The notes below the pieces were generated by a model. That model saw only the letters and a list, made by a program, of their open reading frames with translations, made no database searches and was not told the DNA's origin. Below are positions 61,962 through 64,000 of a DNA stretch of 64,000 nt, in pieces. Made by a program: the position numbers and the translations under genes. How positions within the stretch are numbered: the first letter of the stretch is position 1; the number at the start of each line of letters is the position of its first letter. The DNA comes from an uncultured Gammaproteobacteria bacterium (lineage in GTDB: Bacteria; Pseudomonadota; Gammaproteobacteria; DRLM01), in assembly GCA_963729605.1 (NCBI GenBank), contig CAVSNY010000004.1, positions 128,001 to 192,000 on the forward strand, in the 5' to 3' direction.

Positions 61962-62936
61962 GTGAATGTGATGACGATAGGCGCAACCAAAGCGGATGTA
62001 TACACCGACTTCAAAGGTCTGGCGGAACTGCGTCTGAACGGTCAGGCCAACCCGGAAGAGACATTGCGCACCGCCGGCCGCCAGTTCGAGGCCATGTTCA
62101 TTCAGATGATGCTGAAGAGCATGCGCGACGCCAGCCCCGGCGACTCTTTGATGGGCAGCGGCGGGCAGGATATGTATCAGGACATGTTCGATAAACAGAT
62201 GTCCTTGACCTTGTCGGCGAAGGGCGCGCTGGGTCTCGGCGAAGCCATGGTCCGCCAAATGCAACAAGCGCAAGTGGCGCCGAAAAATATCCCGGACGCC
62301 GCCGCGGCGGCGATGCCGCTGCGGCCTTCGGCGCCGGCCGGCGAGGCTTTACCGCTGCCGACCCGCGCCGTTCCCGCCGCCGCAGCGCCGGCCGGCCCGA
62401 GTGCAGCCGCGCAACATGAAAGTCAATCCGGTTTCAAGACACCGGAAGCATTTGTGGCGGCCTTGTGGCCGGCGGCGCAGGCGTCGGCCCATGAATTGGG
62501 CGTCGATCCGCGCGTGTTGATCGCCCAGGCGGCGCTCGAGACCGGCTGGGGCCGTTCCGTGCTGCAACACGGCGACGGCCGCAGCAGCCATAATTTATTC
62601 AACATCAAGGCCGGCGAGAGTTGGGAGGGTGGCCGCGTCAATGTCGCCACGCTGGAGTACCGCGACGGCGTGGCGATGAAGGAGCGTGCCAATTTCCGCG
62701 TCTATGATTCCTTCAAGGACAGCTTCGCCGACTACGTCGAATTGATTAAGTCCCAGCCCCGTTACCGGGATGCCCTGGCCAACGCCGGTGATCCACGGCA
62801 ATTCGTCAACGAGTTGCAAAGGGCGGGTTACGCCACCGACCCCCGCTATGCGGAAAAGATCGACGCCATTCTCCGGCGTGATCTCTTGAGCGGCCTGCCG
62901 GCCTTCAGGCCGGGCGGCGCCGAGTCGATAGCATGA
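61962..62936 (+). CDS. flgJ: Flagellar rod assembly protein/muramidase FlgJ
   Basis: QFEAMFIQMMLKSMRDA, AQAALETGWG, NLFNIKA, AGYATDP. Start may be 61971. Confidence 0.96.
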   Translation: MNVMTIGATKADVYTDFKGLAELRLNGQANPEETLRTAGRQFEAMFIQMMLKSMRDASPGDSLMGSGGQDMYQDMFDKQMSLTLSAKGALGLGEAMVRQMQQAQVAPKNIPDAAAAAMPLRPSAPAGEALPLPTRAVPAAAAPAGPSAAAQHESQSGFKTPEAFVAALWPAAQASAHELGVDPRVLIAQAALETGWGRSVLQHGDGRSSHNLFNIKAGESWEGGRVNVATLEYRDGVAMKERANFRVYDSFKDSFADYVELIKSQPRYRDALANAGDPRQFVNELQRAGYATDPRYAEKIDAILRRDLLSGLPAFRPGGAESIA

Positions 62937-63017
62937 ACAGGCGTGGGAGCCGATGGCTGGCCGGCCACGCCGCGGTAGGCCCGCGCAGCATGGGCGGTAA
63001 TAGAGTGGGGCGACATT

Positions 63018-64000
63018 ATGGCTAGTGGTTTACTCGGGGTAGGATTGTCGGGTTTGCTGGCGGCGCAACGCGCCTTGTCGGTCACCAGCCATAACATCAG
63101 CAACGTCAATACCGACGGTTACAGCCGGCAACGGGTGGATTTGAATACCCGTCTGCCCGACCTGTTTGGCAATAGCTACATCGGCAATGGCGTCGATGTC
63201 GGCGCCGTCAATCGGCTTTACGACAATTTTTTGGTGGAACAGGTACGCACCGGTACCTCGTCTTATGAAAGCCTCAACACTTTTGCCAGTTATGTGGGCC
63301 GCATCGATAACCTGCTCGCCAATCCCGAGGCGGGGATAGACGCGGTAGTCCAGTCATTTTTTTCGGCGATGAACGAGGTGTCCAGCGATCCCGCGTCGCA
63401 ACCGGCGCGGCAATTATTGCTGAGTCAGGCCGAGACGCTGGTCGACCGTTTCCAATACGTCAACGAGCGTTTTACCGAGCTGCGCCAGCAATCCAATATC
63501 GCTTTGACGAATTCGGTAGGCCAAATCAACGCCCTGGCCTCCGGTATCGCCGACCTCAATCAGCGGATCGTTTCCGCCCTCGGCGCCGCCGGCGGCGGCC
63601 AGCCCAACGATTTACTGGATAAACGCGACGCCGCGGTGATTCAGCTCTCTAAACTGGTGTCGGTAACCTCCATTTCCCAGAACGACGGCTCGATGAACAT
63701 CTTCATCGGTTCCGGCCAGACCTTGGTGGCGGGATCGACGGTCCAGCAATTGAGCATACTCCGTAATCATTACGATCCGACCCGCAATGAAATCGGTTAT
63801 AGCGTCGGCTCGAACACCGTCGAAATCACCAATCAACTGTCCGGCGGCAGCGTCGGCGGGTTGCTCAACTTCCGCAGCCAAGTATTGGACCCCGCGCAAA
63901 ATGCCTTGGGCCGCGTCGCGACCGGGTTGGCCGAGACCATGAATACCCAGCATCAACTCGGTGTCGATCTCAACGGCGCATTGGGCGGCAAACTGTTCAA
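63018..64000 (+). CDS. flgK: Flagellar hook-associated protein FlgK (runs off the window)
   Basis: Manual translation MASGLLGVGLSGLLAAQRALSVTSHNISNVNTDGYSRQRV..PNDLLDKRD; follows flgJ. Confidence 0.96.
   Translation, partial: MASGLLGVGLSGLLAAQRALSVTSHNISNVNTDGYSRQRVDLNTRLPDLFGNSYIGNGVDVGAVNRLYDNFLVEQVRTGTSSYESLNTFASYVGRIDNLLANPEAGIDAVVQSFFSAMNEVSSDPASQPARQLLLSQAETLVDRFQYVNERFTELRQQSNIALTNSVGQINALASGIADLNQRIVSALGAAGGGQPNDLLDKRDAAVIQLSKLVSVTSISQNDGSMNIFIGSGQTLVAGSTVQQLSILRNHYDPTRNEIGYSVGSNTVEITNQLSGGSVGGLLNFRSQVLDPAQNALGRVATGLAETMNTQHQLGVDLNGALGGKLF

Overview
This is a proteobacterial chromosomal window, probably gammaproteobacterial, with five blocks. (1) 1-11191, minus strand: a co-oriented secretion and surface cluster encoding an OmpA-family protein, a secreted protein of ten 35-aa Q/N/S/G-rich repeats, two small secreted two-Cys proteins, a CsgG/HfaB-like lipoprotein with peptidoglycan-binding and DUF4384-like domains, a TpsB/TpsA pair and a signal-peptide WD40-caspase protein. 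It is a candidate undescribed functional-amyloid or fibre system. (2) 11674-16321: a high-GC iron-uptake cassette with a Fur-like box and a frameshifted TonB-dependent receptor, followed by an orphan TpsB 3' fragment. (3) 17160-43590: a complete type I-F CRISPR-Cas system with about 297 repeats. Between cas3 and cas8f lies an antisense degenerate repeat-20 nt spacer-repeat unit. Its spacer matches 16/20 to a CC-PAM-flanked site abutting the -35 box of the predicted cas8f promoter, suggesting an RNA-guided auto-repressor. (4) 43592-50831: an IS3 element that cuts off both the array and an ISCR/IS91 transposase, four redox/stress cargo genes, and a damaged P4-like integrase beside tRNA-Ala(CGC). 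(5) 50920-64000: an ordinary flagellar region (ycgR, flgNMA, cheVR, flgB-K). All family assignments come from motifs recognised by eye; no database searches were run.
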